From NCBI GenBank assembly GCA_022813865.1, contig JALDZX010000004.1, positions 310,001 through 374,000 on the forward strand: DNA of 64,000 nt, given 5' to 3'. The notes under the pieces are model-generated. The model made no database searches, was not told where the DNA came from, and saw nothing but the letters and a program-made list of their open reading frames with translations. The stretch is from Xylographa opegraphella. Lineage: Eukaryota. The position numbers and the translations under genes were made by a program. Below are positions 48,453-59,444 of this stretch, piece by piece; the first letter of the stretch is position 1; each line of letters begins with the position of its first letter.

Positions 48453-50359
48453 ATGAATTGGCTCCAGGCTTTGCTAGCCGTGACCTTACTTTGGTCGACG
48501 GCCGCAGCAAGTGAGGTCGAACTTGTATAATATGGTTGATAAGCTCTCATAAACGGTTATACTGACGCGATGATCAGACACAGGACGAGGACAAACGGGA
48601 GAGATGCAATGGAATGTATAGTCAGGCTTCATGGGGAGGCTCTGTGGATCCTTTTATTCTTACAATGTTTGACAACTCGACATACACCGGCCAAAATGAC
48701 GCCATAGTCAGTTTTATCATATTCGAGTGGCGGGATGAGGCCCTTCTGGGAATCCGAGCCAAGCCGGATGATACTTCGGTAGGTGCCTTCGTCTGCTGGG
48801 ACCTCTGACAAAGCTGACAATCAATGGTTCACAGAAAGAGCTTATTTGCTACGAAACCAATGTCCAGGCAAAGCTCTGTAATCAGACCGAACTCGGACAA
48901 TTCATACTTCAGCCAAATGCTTCGGAGATCTCGAAAAATCCCATAGTGACACAAGCTATCAATCTCCGGAATCCGAAACCAATTAAATACGATATCAAAA
49001 AGACGGGTTACTATTGTGTCTGGACCTACGGGTACTCGGCAGAAGAGTACAGGGCGATTGTGACATTTCGGAATGCGTACGGAGAACTTCCAGCTGCCCA
49101 AATTGCTAAATTGCCATTTTATGGTGGACTTACAATCGTATACGCGGTCATTGGAGCGTAGGGATACCCCATATAGTATATTGAGAGCTGGAGCTAATGA
49201 CGTGCAGCTTCTGGGCTTTTCTTTATGTACAAAATCGCCATGATATATGTAAAGAAACCCCTATCTCGGAAAAAACAATACTGACATTATGCAGTACCTG
49301 TTCAGAATTACATCACAGCTATTATTGTTTTTCTAATAATCGAACAATTGATGACCTGGGGATTCTATGGTATGAACTACCTCATTGTTACACAACCCAG
49401 ATTCTTAACTACGTTAGATTATCAAAATCGCCACGGCGACAATGTGCTAAATAAAGCGCTCATGATCATCACCGCAGTATTAAATGCCGGACGGAATTCA
49501 TTCTCCTTCTTCCTCCTTCTGATCGTCTGCATGGGATATGGTGTGGTCAAGCCTAGTCTAGGCAAGACCATGATGTATGTACGCATTCTGGCCATCACGC
49601 ATTTTGTGTTTGGAGTCATCTACGGAGTCGCAAGTCTATCGATCACACCGGATAGTGCCGGGCCACTGGTTCTCCTTGTGATCATGCCATTAGCAGCTAC
49701 ACTGACTGCATTCTACGTCTGGACCTTGAACTCCTTGAATCTTACCATGAAGGATCTACTTGATCGAAAGCAAAGCGTCAAGGCTTTGATGTACAAGAAG
49801 CTCTGGTGGTGTATTTTGGGCAGTATCCTAGTCATCTTTGCGTTTTTCTTCTTCAACTCATTTACATTTGCTTCGAGGGGCGAGCCTGATTTTGTCCCGG
49901 ACCACTGGAAAACTAGATGGTTCATCTTGGATGGATGGCTGAATCTAGTTTACCTCTTCGACATATCGTTCGTCTGCTATCTCTGGCGGCCGACGGTCAA
50001 CAATAGGAGGTTCGCCATGAGCGACGAAGTGAGTTTCCGTCCGATCGTTCATTTCGTCTGCGACTGACTCTTCAAAACAGCTTGCACAAGATGATGATGG
50101 GTTTGAGATCGCCTCATTCGGTGGATCGCAAGAAGATGAAGAAGACGCACACTCGCCACCGCGACGGCATAGTCCAAGTGGTGCTAATGACAACTTGTCG
50201 CCTGTGCCGCCGAAGCCCGTGGTCGAAACGTATGATAGGCGTTCCCTAGACGGCGAGACCATTTTTGCAGTAGGCGAAGACGGAGATAAATGGTCAGACG
50301 ATGAGGAGTCGCCGAGGAATTCAAAGGAGCGGACGAGGTTGTCGCACAAAGATTCGTAA
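48453..50359 (+). CDS. PTM1: Ptm1 / GOST (lung seven-TM receptor family) membrane protein, multi-exon
   Basis: Signal peptide, CNGMYS..WGGSVDPFI, FRNAYGELPAAQIAKLPFYG, LNAGRNSFSFFLLLIVCMGYGVVKP, WRPTVNNRRFAMSDE. Confidence 0.9.
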
Positions 50360-50745
50360 TAGTTTGTAAAGATTGGTTTGGGCGGGTGTGGAAATGGTTC
50401 GATGTTATCTTCCACCTTCATCTTTGTGATACCAGCATAGCAAGGCGTTAAACTTTTCCCATCGTTGGACAGCTTGTCCAGATTTGTATCTGAGGGTTGT
50501 GTTCCTTGCCGCGTATCATAAATATTCGGCTGCTTGACTACCGCTTCCAAGCCAGAGAAATACCAGTTTTTAACAAGTTCCTATACTCACCGTTCTCCGC
50601 TCTGACAGATCCAAAAGTCGATATTGCCTATCGATGAGCAACAATACTCCATTTAGAATAACCCAACGTGCGCGCCTAGGGGTATAATGCTCCTACGCTA
50701 TGCACTAATCACCGTCACCCACGACCATACATCCATTCCCTCCGG

Positions 50746-52338
50746 TCAATGCCTTCTCTTCTCCTTCCCCACCAGACTCCTCGCCGTCGCACAGAGCCAC
50801 ACCATCGGTCCCACATCTCCCTCCTCCCCCTCACTCTCCACAACACCCTCAATCAGCTTCGCGACCGTCCGATTACTGCTCACAGTCGTCCACCCCTTCG
50901 TCCACCCATAGAGAAAGACACTTCGATTAATCTCCGTCAGCTCATCCTGCACCCGCTCCGCAACAGCTGGCAGCGTTAAGATATCATACGCCCCGTCCTG
51001 GACACGTATCGGAAGTCTCCAATGTTCAGGAACAGTGTACTCGCTCGTCTCCGCAAATCTGGCCCGCAACTCCGTTGGTGTTTTGCCGATGCCTGCTTCT
51101 CCTTCTCCAAGGAGTAGCTCTGTCCGCAGCCGCTCGGAGGGCGTTCCGATTTGTTCTACTATTTCCCGCATACGCTTAGCGGCAAGTAAGGTGCAGAGGA
51201 GGTCGCGACCCGCCATGGCAGGGTACAGGCTAGTGGGGAGAAGCTTCTCGTTGGCTTCGAGATCGATCTGCCGGCGGATAGCACGGTGGAGGGTCGGCAA
51301 AGGGTCGAGTGTTGAATGGGAAAGATCAGAGACTAGGGCCAGTAGGATGGTGCAATCGACGTTGAGCGTCGGAGTTAGGTGGATCAGAGGGTCGATAAGG
51401 AGGCGGGAGAAGGTAGCGGTCAGAGCAGTAGAGGCCTCCGTATCATGGTCGACGGCCGCTCCATTCGTAACTGTACCAGACGTAAAACGGCCAGAGGCGC
51501 ACTGAACTTTTGCCCCTGTAGCACGAATCTCTGCTAATATAGCGTCTACAGCAGAGTTGTGTCCTTCGTCAATCTTTGGGAGGATGAAAAGGATCTGAGG
51601 ATGCCGGTAGCGAATGTAGACCTTCTTCGCTGCCCTGTTGAGGTCTTCGGCGATCTTCAGAAGCTCTACCCTGTCATCATCTTCATCACCAGAGCTATAA
51701 TCCTCGGTTCCGATAAGCACAGGATCTGCTCCTTCTGCAACAACCCTTTTTCCGTCCTGCTGTTCGCCCTCTGTGTCAGAGTCGGAGTCTAGCTCCTCCC
51801 AACCTGCTTTGGCCTTTTCAAAGAGTAACCGTGACTCGGTAATGGTAGATATCTTGATCCATACCTCTCCATCCTTAGCCACTATATCCACTAGTGCAGA
51901 CCGTTTCCTTCGCGGCTTCAGGCCACCATCGAGAGGTCGGCCCACGGATGTATCCCAGAAAAAGCGTTTGTTAAAGAGCACAAGTCCTTCACAAGACTTT
52001 GCGGCGGTCCAAACAGCGCTATAGAAGGGAAGATTAGAAGACCGAAGAGTGTGGATAGTGCGTTCAGCGGCTGGGTCCGCTTGAGCGAGCTATATAAACG
52101 GTTAGAAGTATGCCAAAGACAACCGATGACTGCTTGCCTTCTCCAACGACTTGAGTTCGGAGACTACCGAGTTGCGAAATTGCCGCAACTGAACAGTGTG
52201 CTCTTTCTTCTCCTGCAATAAAAACGCCTGGAATTTCTCAAGCTCGCCTAACAGCTCATGGCATTTCGTGAGTAAAGCATCTGCACTTATGACGGGTATT
52301 TGAGCTTCGGCCTCATCATTAACAGCGACGCTAGTCAT
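50746..52338 (-). CDS. DUF1308 / UPF0415 (C7orf25-like) protein; exons 52338-52138 and 52089-50746
   Basis: LRSSNLPFY, VDIVAKDGEVWIKIST, TLNVDCTILLALVSDLSH, WTTVSSNRTV. In-frame joining needs a GC-AG intron. Confidence 0.8.
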
Positions 52339-52532
52339 TGTACCTCTTGGGATGGGAAGAAATCTAAGCTCGCAAAACACTAATAAGCTATTGTCCCAAA
52401 ATCCGGGGTATTAGGGCTTAACTTTAGCGAGGCCTTGCTATTGTTCACGTTACATACTTCAACCTACGGAAAAGACACGACACTCCGGGGTACATTTAGG
52501 AAGCGTGTGCTGGCGCCACGACCTCAAAGTCA

Positions 52533-53111
52533 ATGGTCTACTTCAAAGACTCCCAGACCTGGGTACAACAGTCGACACTGCTGCTCGAAGCCCGCCCCAC
52601 CACAGTCAGTCCATGTTCCTTCTCCATCCTGTGTACGCCATACTGCTGCTGCATCTTGGAAGTTTCACGTATTGATTGTCTAAAGGCTCGCATCTCGACC
52701 CGGTATAAACTCTCCCCACCCAACGTCGCCAGAAGTCGGAGGTCCAAATTGGTGTCAGCCACCACCGATATCGCCGAGGCCCCGCCACCACCCTCACGTG
52801 CTTACATAGTCCTCAAGACTTACGATCCGGTTTCGGGAACATGCCTTAAATATCGCACGGATAAGACCGCTGAGATAGGCAGACTCGTGGCTGGATTGGG
52901 GAAATGTGCGCGGACAATGGCTGCTATGCCGGTGGAAGAAGGTGCCGAGAAAGGCGAAGGACAGGAGATGGACGATATGGCGGATCCGATGAAGAGCATA
53001 ATAGAAGGCAAGCCGGCTGGGGCGAGCGTTGAGACAAAATCTGAAGGTAAAGAAACCAAGCCTACAGCCGGGAAAGCCGGTGGAGGGAAGAAGAAGAAGG
53101 GGAAGAGGTAG
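52533..53111 (+). CDS. SRP21: Signal recognition particle SRP9/SRP21 subunit; intron 52605-52685
   Basis: WVQQSTLLLEARPTT|ARISTRY, LKTYDPVSGTCLKYRTDK..GRL, basic GGGKKKKGKR tail. Confidence 0.88.
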   Translation: MVYFKDSQTWVQQSTLLLEARPTTVSPCSFSILCTPYCCCILEVSRIDCLKARISTRYKLSPPNVARSRRSKLVSATTDIAEAPPPPSRAYIVLKTYDPVSGTCLKYRTDKTAEIGRLVAGLGKCARTMAAMPVEEGAEKGEGQEMDDMADPMKSIIEGKPAGASVETKSEGKETKPTAGKAGGGKKKKGKR

Positions 53112-53426
53112 ATTGACCCTGTAACTAGAGTGGCGGACTACACTCTTCTCTAATAATTCAAATTTACGCTTGATGCAGGTGCCACTGGCCAATAGCAGGT
53201 TTCATACAGATTCACATGAGTGCAAGGCTTCAGGAGTCTGTAATTGCCTTTTGAATGCTATGCGAGTGTTATCCTATGCCGATCCGATGCCCAATACCCA
53301 ACCTCAACCATGCAACCCAACGCCAGGAAATCAACCTCGAGCATAACTTAACTTCAGTACAGGATGTGGAGGGAACTTATGAGAGTAAGGGTAGGTATGA
53401 TGTACAAAGAACAAAATCAAGACCGT

Positions 53427-54841
53427 CTAAAAGTCTTCGTCAAAGTTGAAATCGCCTCCATTTTCGTTCTTGTTCTTAACCTCCTCACCAGTCGACTCTT
53501 TCTTGTGGGTGCTTGCCATCACACCGGCTTTCTGGTAATCGCCAACCCGCTTTTCGAAAAAATTCGTCTTTCCGGCCAGTGATATTGACTCCATGAAATC
53601 GAACGGGTTCGAGGAATTGTAGTATTTCTGATTGCCCAATGATAAAAGCAGGCGATCGGCACAAAATTCAATGTACTGCTTCATTAAAGCTGCGTTCATA
53701 CCAAGGAGACCACAGGGAAGAGCATCCGTCAAGAACTCTTGCTCGATAGTGACAGCTTCGGTAATGACATCCTGCACAGCTTGCTTGCTTGGTCGGTTGT
53801 TGAGGTGTGAAAATAGGAGACAGGCAAAGTCGGTATGCAGACCCTCGTCTCTCGAAATCAGTTCATTCGAAAATGTCAGTCCGGGCATCAGACCACGCTT
53901 CTTCAGCCAGAAGATCGAAGCGAAGGACCCGCTGAAGAAGATACCCTCGACAGCTGCAAACGCAACAAGGCGTTGTGCAAAGGTGGAGTTCTTGTCTTGG
54001 ATCCACTTAATGGCCCAGTCCGCTTTTTTGCGAATGCAGGGTACTAGAAGAATGTTAGTATATGGAAACGCATCCAATTGAGGCTGTAATTTACTTGTGT
54101 CAATTGCATCGAACAGGTAGGCTCGTTGTTTCTGTTCCTTGATGTAGGTGTCAATGAGGAGCGAGTATGTTTCGGAATGTACGTTCTCCATCATGATCTG
54201 AAAACCGTAGAAACAACGAGCTTCTGGTATCTGGACTTCACCACTGAATCGCTCGACAAGGTTCTCGTTCACGATACCATCGGATGCGGCAAAGAAAGCT
54301 AAGACGTGGGAGATGAAGTAGCGCTCGTCGTCATTTAGGCGATTGTTCCAGTCGTGCAAATCCTTGGAGAGGTCTATCTCTTCGGCAGTCCAGAAGGATG
54401 CCTCTGCCTTCTTGTACATTTGCCAAACCTAACGAATGATTAGACGCGTTGAATATATACATTTCACGCATTACGCGTGGTACATACCTCATGGTACTTG
54501 ATGGGAAAGAGCACGAAACGGTGGGGGTTTTCTCGGAGTATAGGCTCATCAGCTTCTTCAGGCTTGATTGTCGGAGCCACAGCGAGCTTCTCTTCCTTCT
54601 TGGCAATCGCAATTTCAAGCTTTTTGACGTAGCCGTCAACAACAGGAACGTCGTGAGCTATGTTCTCCTTGCCAATGGCCTGGAAATTAATCTTCTTGAC
54701 CGGCGAGCCATTCATCTTAAGGTTCTCGAGGCTTGATGCAGCCTGTTGAGAATTAGTCAAAGGACTGAATGGTGGGGCTACACCGAGGGGCGGTGGCTGG
54801 GATTGGTTTACCTGCTTCGAAGGTGTGGTTTCTGTGGTCAT
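53427..54841 (-). CDS. RNR2: Ribonucleotide reductase small subunit; introns 54811-54743, 54487-54429, 54094-54044
   Basis: [53 protein letters not shown]-terminal FNFDEDF. Confidence 0.97.
54444..54478. promoter_or_regulatory. Two MCB boxes (ACGCGT at 54444 and 54473) inside RNR2 intron 2
   Basis: Two exact palindromic hexamers in a 59-nt intron; regulatory function is inferred. Confidence 0.4.
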
Positions 54842-55853
54842 GATGGGATTAGACAACAGATGTTGAAGTGTATAACTTCGAAGCTGGTGATATGCAACTC
54901 GTAGAGAGATAGAAAAGTTGAGTTTGTGGTTGTGGGAGCGTGAGGTACTGAAAACGAAGAGAAACAACAATTTAACATTGAACGCGCCTTGGCCCGTGAT
55001 GGCGTGTCAACGCGCGCCGCTAGTGATATTGTACTACGTAGTAGAAGTACACAGTAACTACCTGGCATTGTGCTTAGTGAGCTAAAGTCATGTGATAAGT
55101 GGGCTGTTTGTGTCCCAGTCCTTTGAGCCCTTGGTTTAGTATTGTAAAGTACACATTATTGATACATTTGGTAAAACCCTTCGAGACACATACATGTGAG
55201 ACATATATCCTATTTTGTCTCGTTTTGTACTCTATATACAGGAAGATAAGATGTGTACAGATGCCCGAGTAACAATTCTAAATGGTTATTCTTTCGAAGC
55301 CTAAATGGTCATCGACCTCAGTGTCTGAGAAGTATAAGTACATAGTGTCTGTACAACAAACTGTTTGTGAATTAAAACACGATGACACAGTACTATACAA
55401 CGAATGTCCTCGCTCATTGGCAAGATCTTGAATGGCGCAATCACAACCCAGCTTGTGAGCTTCGGTAGCAGTATTGAGAACCGTTTGGCTGAACGTCAAC
55501 AAGCTACAACACAGACGTGGTCTGTTTCCCAGCTCCAATGGTTTACAAACCACCAGAAATTGCATATTTCCGCGTATTTCCATGTCTCGGAGGCACGACG
55601 CAGCGAAAAGTGGCGCAAGTATCACACCTTTCCTGGCAACCAAGCTGGCGCCTGGCGGTAGTTGAAGGCGATGTGCGAAGTATTTCTGGAATGATCTCTT
55701 ATTGGAATTTTCGCACCATAACCACTTTGTAGCTGCAATGACCAAACAGATGACTGCACCATCGTAATAGTCAGTCAACAACAAACCTCATAAGCCAACT
55801 ATCCTCAGTGCTTGCGCTATGGCTGGATCCTTTGTTACAAAGTTTGACTCGTG

Positions 55854-57001
55854 TTATATCTTGTCCTTGATACCAGTCGGTAGTACTTTGTTTTCGAATT
55901 TCCTCATCCATTTGTTTGTCTGTTCGGCAAGACTAAGAGTAAGGATAGTGTGTGGTAGAATGCGCGCCAAATGCGCGAAGAAACCTTTGTATATAGCGAA
56001 CAGACCTTCCGTCTTCACCGTTTTGAGCAAACAGTCGAGAACACCAGTATATAGATTGCCGGTCTGATTGTACATTCTCGACATAATCGTATCTAGGAGG
56101 ATTCGTTAGCGAATGCTGGTCTAGCTGTTACGAAATAGAATTTACCAGGAGGATGCATGACACAACAAACAACGAACCCGCTGGCGGTACTGCTAGCCAA
56201 GTGCAATGCCGGTCCTTCTTTCATATCAAGATGCTTTACTAATCTTCTTTTTGCAAAAAAGTATGTTGGAAGCTGTACGCTACTGCCAAATCCCGTTCGA
56301 ACCATAGCAGCCCCGACACCTCGATAAAGGCCCTTAATGCCTTCATTGGTGTATATTTGCCTGAACCCGTCTCTTGCATTCTTATACCCATGCTGGGTCC
56401 CAACAGGCAGGAACGGGGAGTACGATTGGAGGCGAGTCTTCACAAGGAAGAATGGTGAACCTGCTGCAGCACCAAGAATACCAGAGGCTGCTCCCGAGAA
56501 AATATTCACACCGAGCGATTGAACATTAGCATCCTTAAAAATGGCGGTTGTGGCGCCCTTTCGTAGAGGTTCGTAGAAGCCCAATCGACAACCATTGAGA
56601 ATCATTTGGTATACGTACTGACTTTGATTAGCGTAGGCCACTGGGTAGAGCATTCAGGTAAAGCATACTGCCGCTCCAATACCGCGAAATAAACCTTTGG
56701 GCCCTTCATTTTGTGCTATGACCTTGACCCCGTGTAAAACGCCCTTGTACATTCGCGGTGCATCGAGCTTGGATTGCAACTCCCCTTGCAATTGTAAACT
56801 GAGCAGAATGATTAGCAGAAGGTTTTGAGACTAGGGAACCCAAGGTATCATGCTCATACCGAATTTTGACAGTCTCAAATGGATGTGTTACGGTGACAGC
56901 ACCACAGGCTGCCATTCCGCCCGCTATAAAAGACCTATGCCCAGATATCAGCATCGCCGCGCATTGGTGTCGCAAGCAACCTACCCCAGAGTGGTCGACA
57001 T
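55854..57001 (-). CDS. OAC1: Mitochondrial oxaloacetate/sulfate carrier, multi-exon
   Basis: MSTTLGSFIAGGMAACGAVTVTHPFETVKIR, LNGCRLGFYEP, SPFFLVKTRLQS, RTGFGSSVQLPTY, RILPHTILTL. Confidence 0.93.
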
Positions 57002-57501
57002 GTTGTGACGGGATAGAGTAATTATTCCGCAAGTAGCAACTGACTGTGGCAGAAATATGTTCAAGGGCTATGTAGATAGATCCTCCTTTCCAGCGGTGTC
57101 ATCGTCATTATGAAAAATGGAATCTATTGATGAACATGGTTCAAACTTTTGAGGACGATGACTCGAAAGGGCGTCGAACAGACTCCTTTATGTAATAGTA
57201 GTAATCTGACCTGATATGACTGTGCAAGCATCGCCTTCAGATTTCTATCGGCTAGAAACGGTGAGATGTCCCGGAGCCTGAAACGGGCCGATCCTTGCCC
57301 ACCGAGCCAGCTTTAAGGCAGTTCTTTGTTCCAATCACAATTCCGCATTGCGTGAAGGGACCTCGATGCGGTCCATGTCTTGAGCCCCACCAAACGTCAA
57401 TACCCTGATCCAGTCCATTTCTCCGCTCATAGCCTTTCCTGTCACTGCAAATCCCGCCGACGTCTGGCAATTGACAGGCGGAAGTGCTCGAAGCAGTCGC
57501 A

Positions 57502-58577
57502 ATGCCGGATGTGAGCACTTCTTCTATGGTTTCGCTCAACCTACTGCATGGCCCGCTTCATGCTAATTGATGCGCCTTGATACAGGTCAAGCGAACGGTC
57601 AAGATTGTAACCGAGCAGAAAGTAATGTATGAAGTGCTGAGATAGTCATATGCGGCATGCTTTGGGCACTTCTCTTACATCGTTCAGTGACAAACCATCT
57701 GGCGTTGAGGGCTACCCGTTGCGACGATGGAGCATGCAACTTTCCATGCTGAACGAGTCCGGCGATGAGATTCCAGCTAGTGTGTACAGCAAAGCCACAT
57801 ATCATCTCCATGAGTCCTTTGGCAAACGAGCAACCCAGAGTAAGTCTAACAGCAGGGCGTCGTTTCGTGACCTTCGAAATGCGTAATCTGACAAACTAAT
57901 GGCTTATTCTCCTGTGTAGCCATAACGAGTCCTCCTTTTAAGATACAAGAGGAAGGATGGGGGGAATTCGATATGCAGATCGTTCTAACGGCAATCGAGA
58001 AGGGTGGCGAACAAACACTATCCCACGATCTCAACTTCAATGCCAATCGCTACGAGACTAAGCATGTTGTGGTAAGATATTGGGCCAAGGGAGAATCTTT
58101 CAATCACTTCTGACCAAGTCTTTGCGCTAGACATTCAAGAACCCGAAGCCGGCTCTGCTGGAGAAGTTAAAAGAGTCAGGTCCCGTCCCAGGCGATGAAA
58201 ATGGCAAAAAGCGCACTGGAGACGAATCGGCCAGGAAAAAGAAGCGAGTCGACAAAGGGGTAACAGCACATGGCTGCTCCTTAAAAATTCGCTTACTGAT
58301 GTATGAAACAGGTTGACATGGATCAGCTGGCCGAGAATCTCCAACGTCTTCAAGAAGATGACCTTCTTCAAGTAGTTCAAATGGTTCATGATCATAAGAG
58401 TCCAGAGTCATACACTAAGAACGATGTTGATGGTAAGACAACCCCACTAGAGAAAAGCATAGAATACTGAACACTTTCGCAGCTGGTGAATTCCACGTCG
58501 ATCTCTACACGCTTCCGGAGAGTTTGATAAAAATGCTATGGGAGTTTTCATCAGAGAGGGTTCCGGCGCATAAATGA
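57502..58577 (+). CDS. TAF14: YEATS/ET-domain TFIID/TFIIF subunit Taf14 (Tfg3/Anc1), multi-exon with a 9-nt first exon
   Basis: MPD|VKRTVKIVTEQ, EGYPLRRWS, KATYHLHESFG, PPFKIQEEGWGEFDM, LQEDDLLQVVQM, GEFHVDLYTLP. Confidence 0.92.
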
Positions 58578-59444
58578 CAGGAATCCCGAATAGCGCACAG
58601 CCACAAGATACCAAATCAGGTGTTTAAAATACGGAGTTCTGGCGTCTGGTCGTAGCCGGGACAGGGTATGATGCATGACATGGCATGTCAACGGTATCTA
58701 CTGCTTTGAAATAAGGACTTCGGCGAGCCAATGGACTTCCACGGCTCATTGGAGATACGAACGATTTGGAGCTTTAGATTGCGCGAATGCATCCGACAGA
58801 GCTTTCCAAAACTGTGTAATAGTATAAAAATGCAACCGGATTGAATGGCTTTTGCAGTGCAGCAATGCGACTTGTGGTGACAGTAGTGGATTGTCAACCT
58901 ACCTAACCCGGTGATTGTCGCTCGCTTCTAGAACTCTAAACGTCGAATCACTTGCTACTATCTTGTGCCTTAGTATTGACACTCGACCTGAACCTTTACT
59001 GGCAAACAGAAATCCTGCTAGGGTAATACAGCATAATACATTTCCATGCGCATACATATGCACAGAGACATGCATGTGAAACAGTCCATGCGGGCTGAGG
59101 ATACTGGTGAGCGTGTGGCAGTGCACTCGGCCTGCATCTCCAGGCTCAGAAGACTACAGCACCAGGTTAGCTCGTCGGATCCAGATGCTGCGTGTAGTAT
59201 ACTCTCTCTCTCGTTGATAATTGTTAGATATCTTACTTTCCAATGCTTTATATTCCCTAAAGATGAGTTTTCGTTTCCAAGACAGCCCTAGTGCGATATT
59301 TGTTCTTTCTTTCGATGAAGATATCACAGACTACCAAGCAGCTCTAGACTGCGATCACGATGCTTATGAACTCATGGAATTCCTGAGGTCTGTCTTGCTC
59401 ATGAGATGTTTCCTGCGTATACGTGTTTGGCTGCTGACTAGTAC

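Noticed and set aside
55278..55784. ORFs between RNR2 and OAC1
   Set aside because: No motifs or splice support; probably promoter or 3' UTR sequence.
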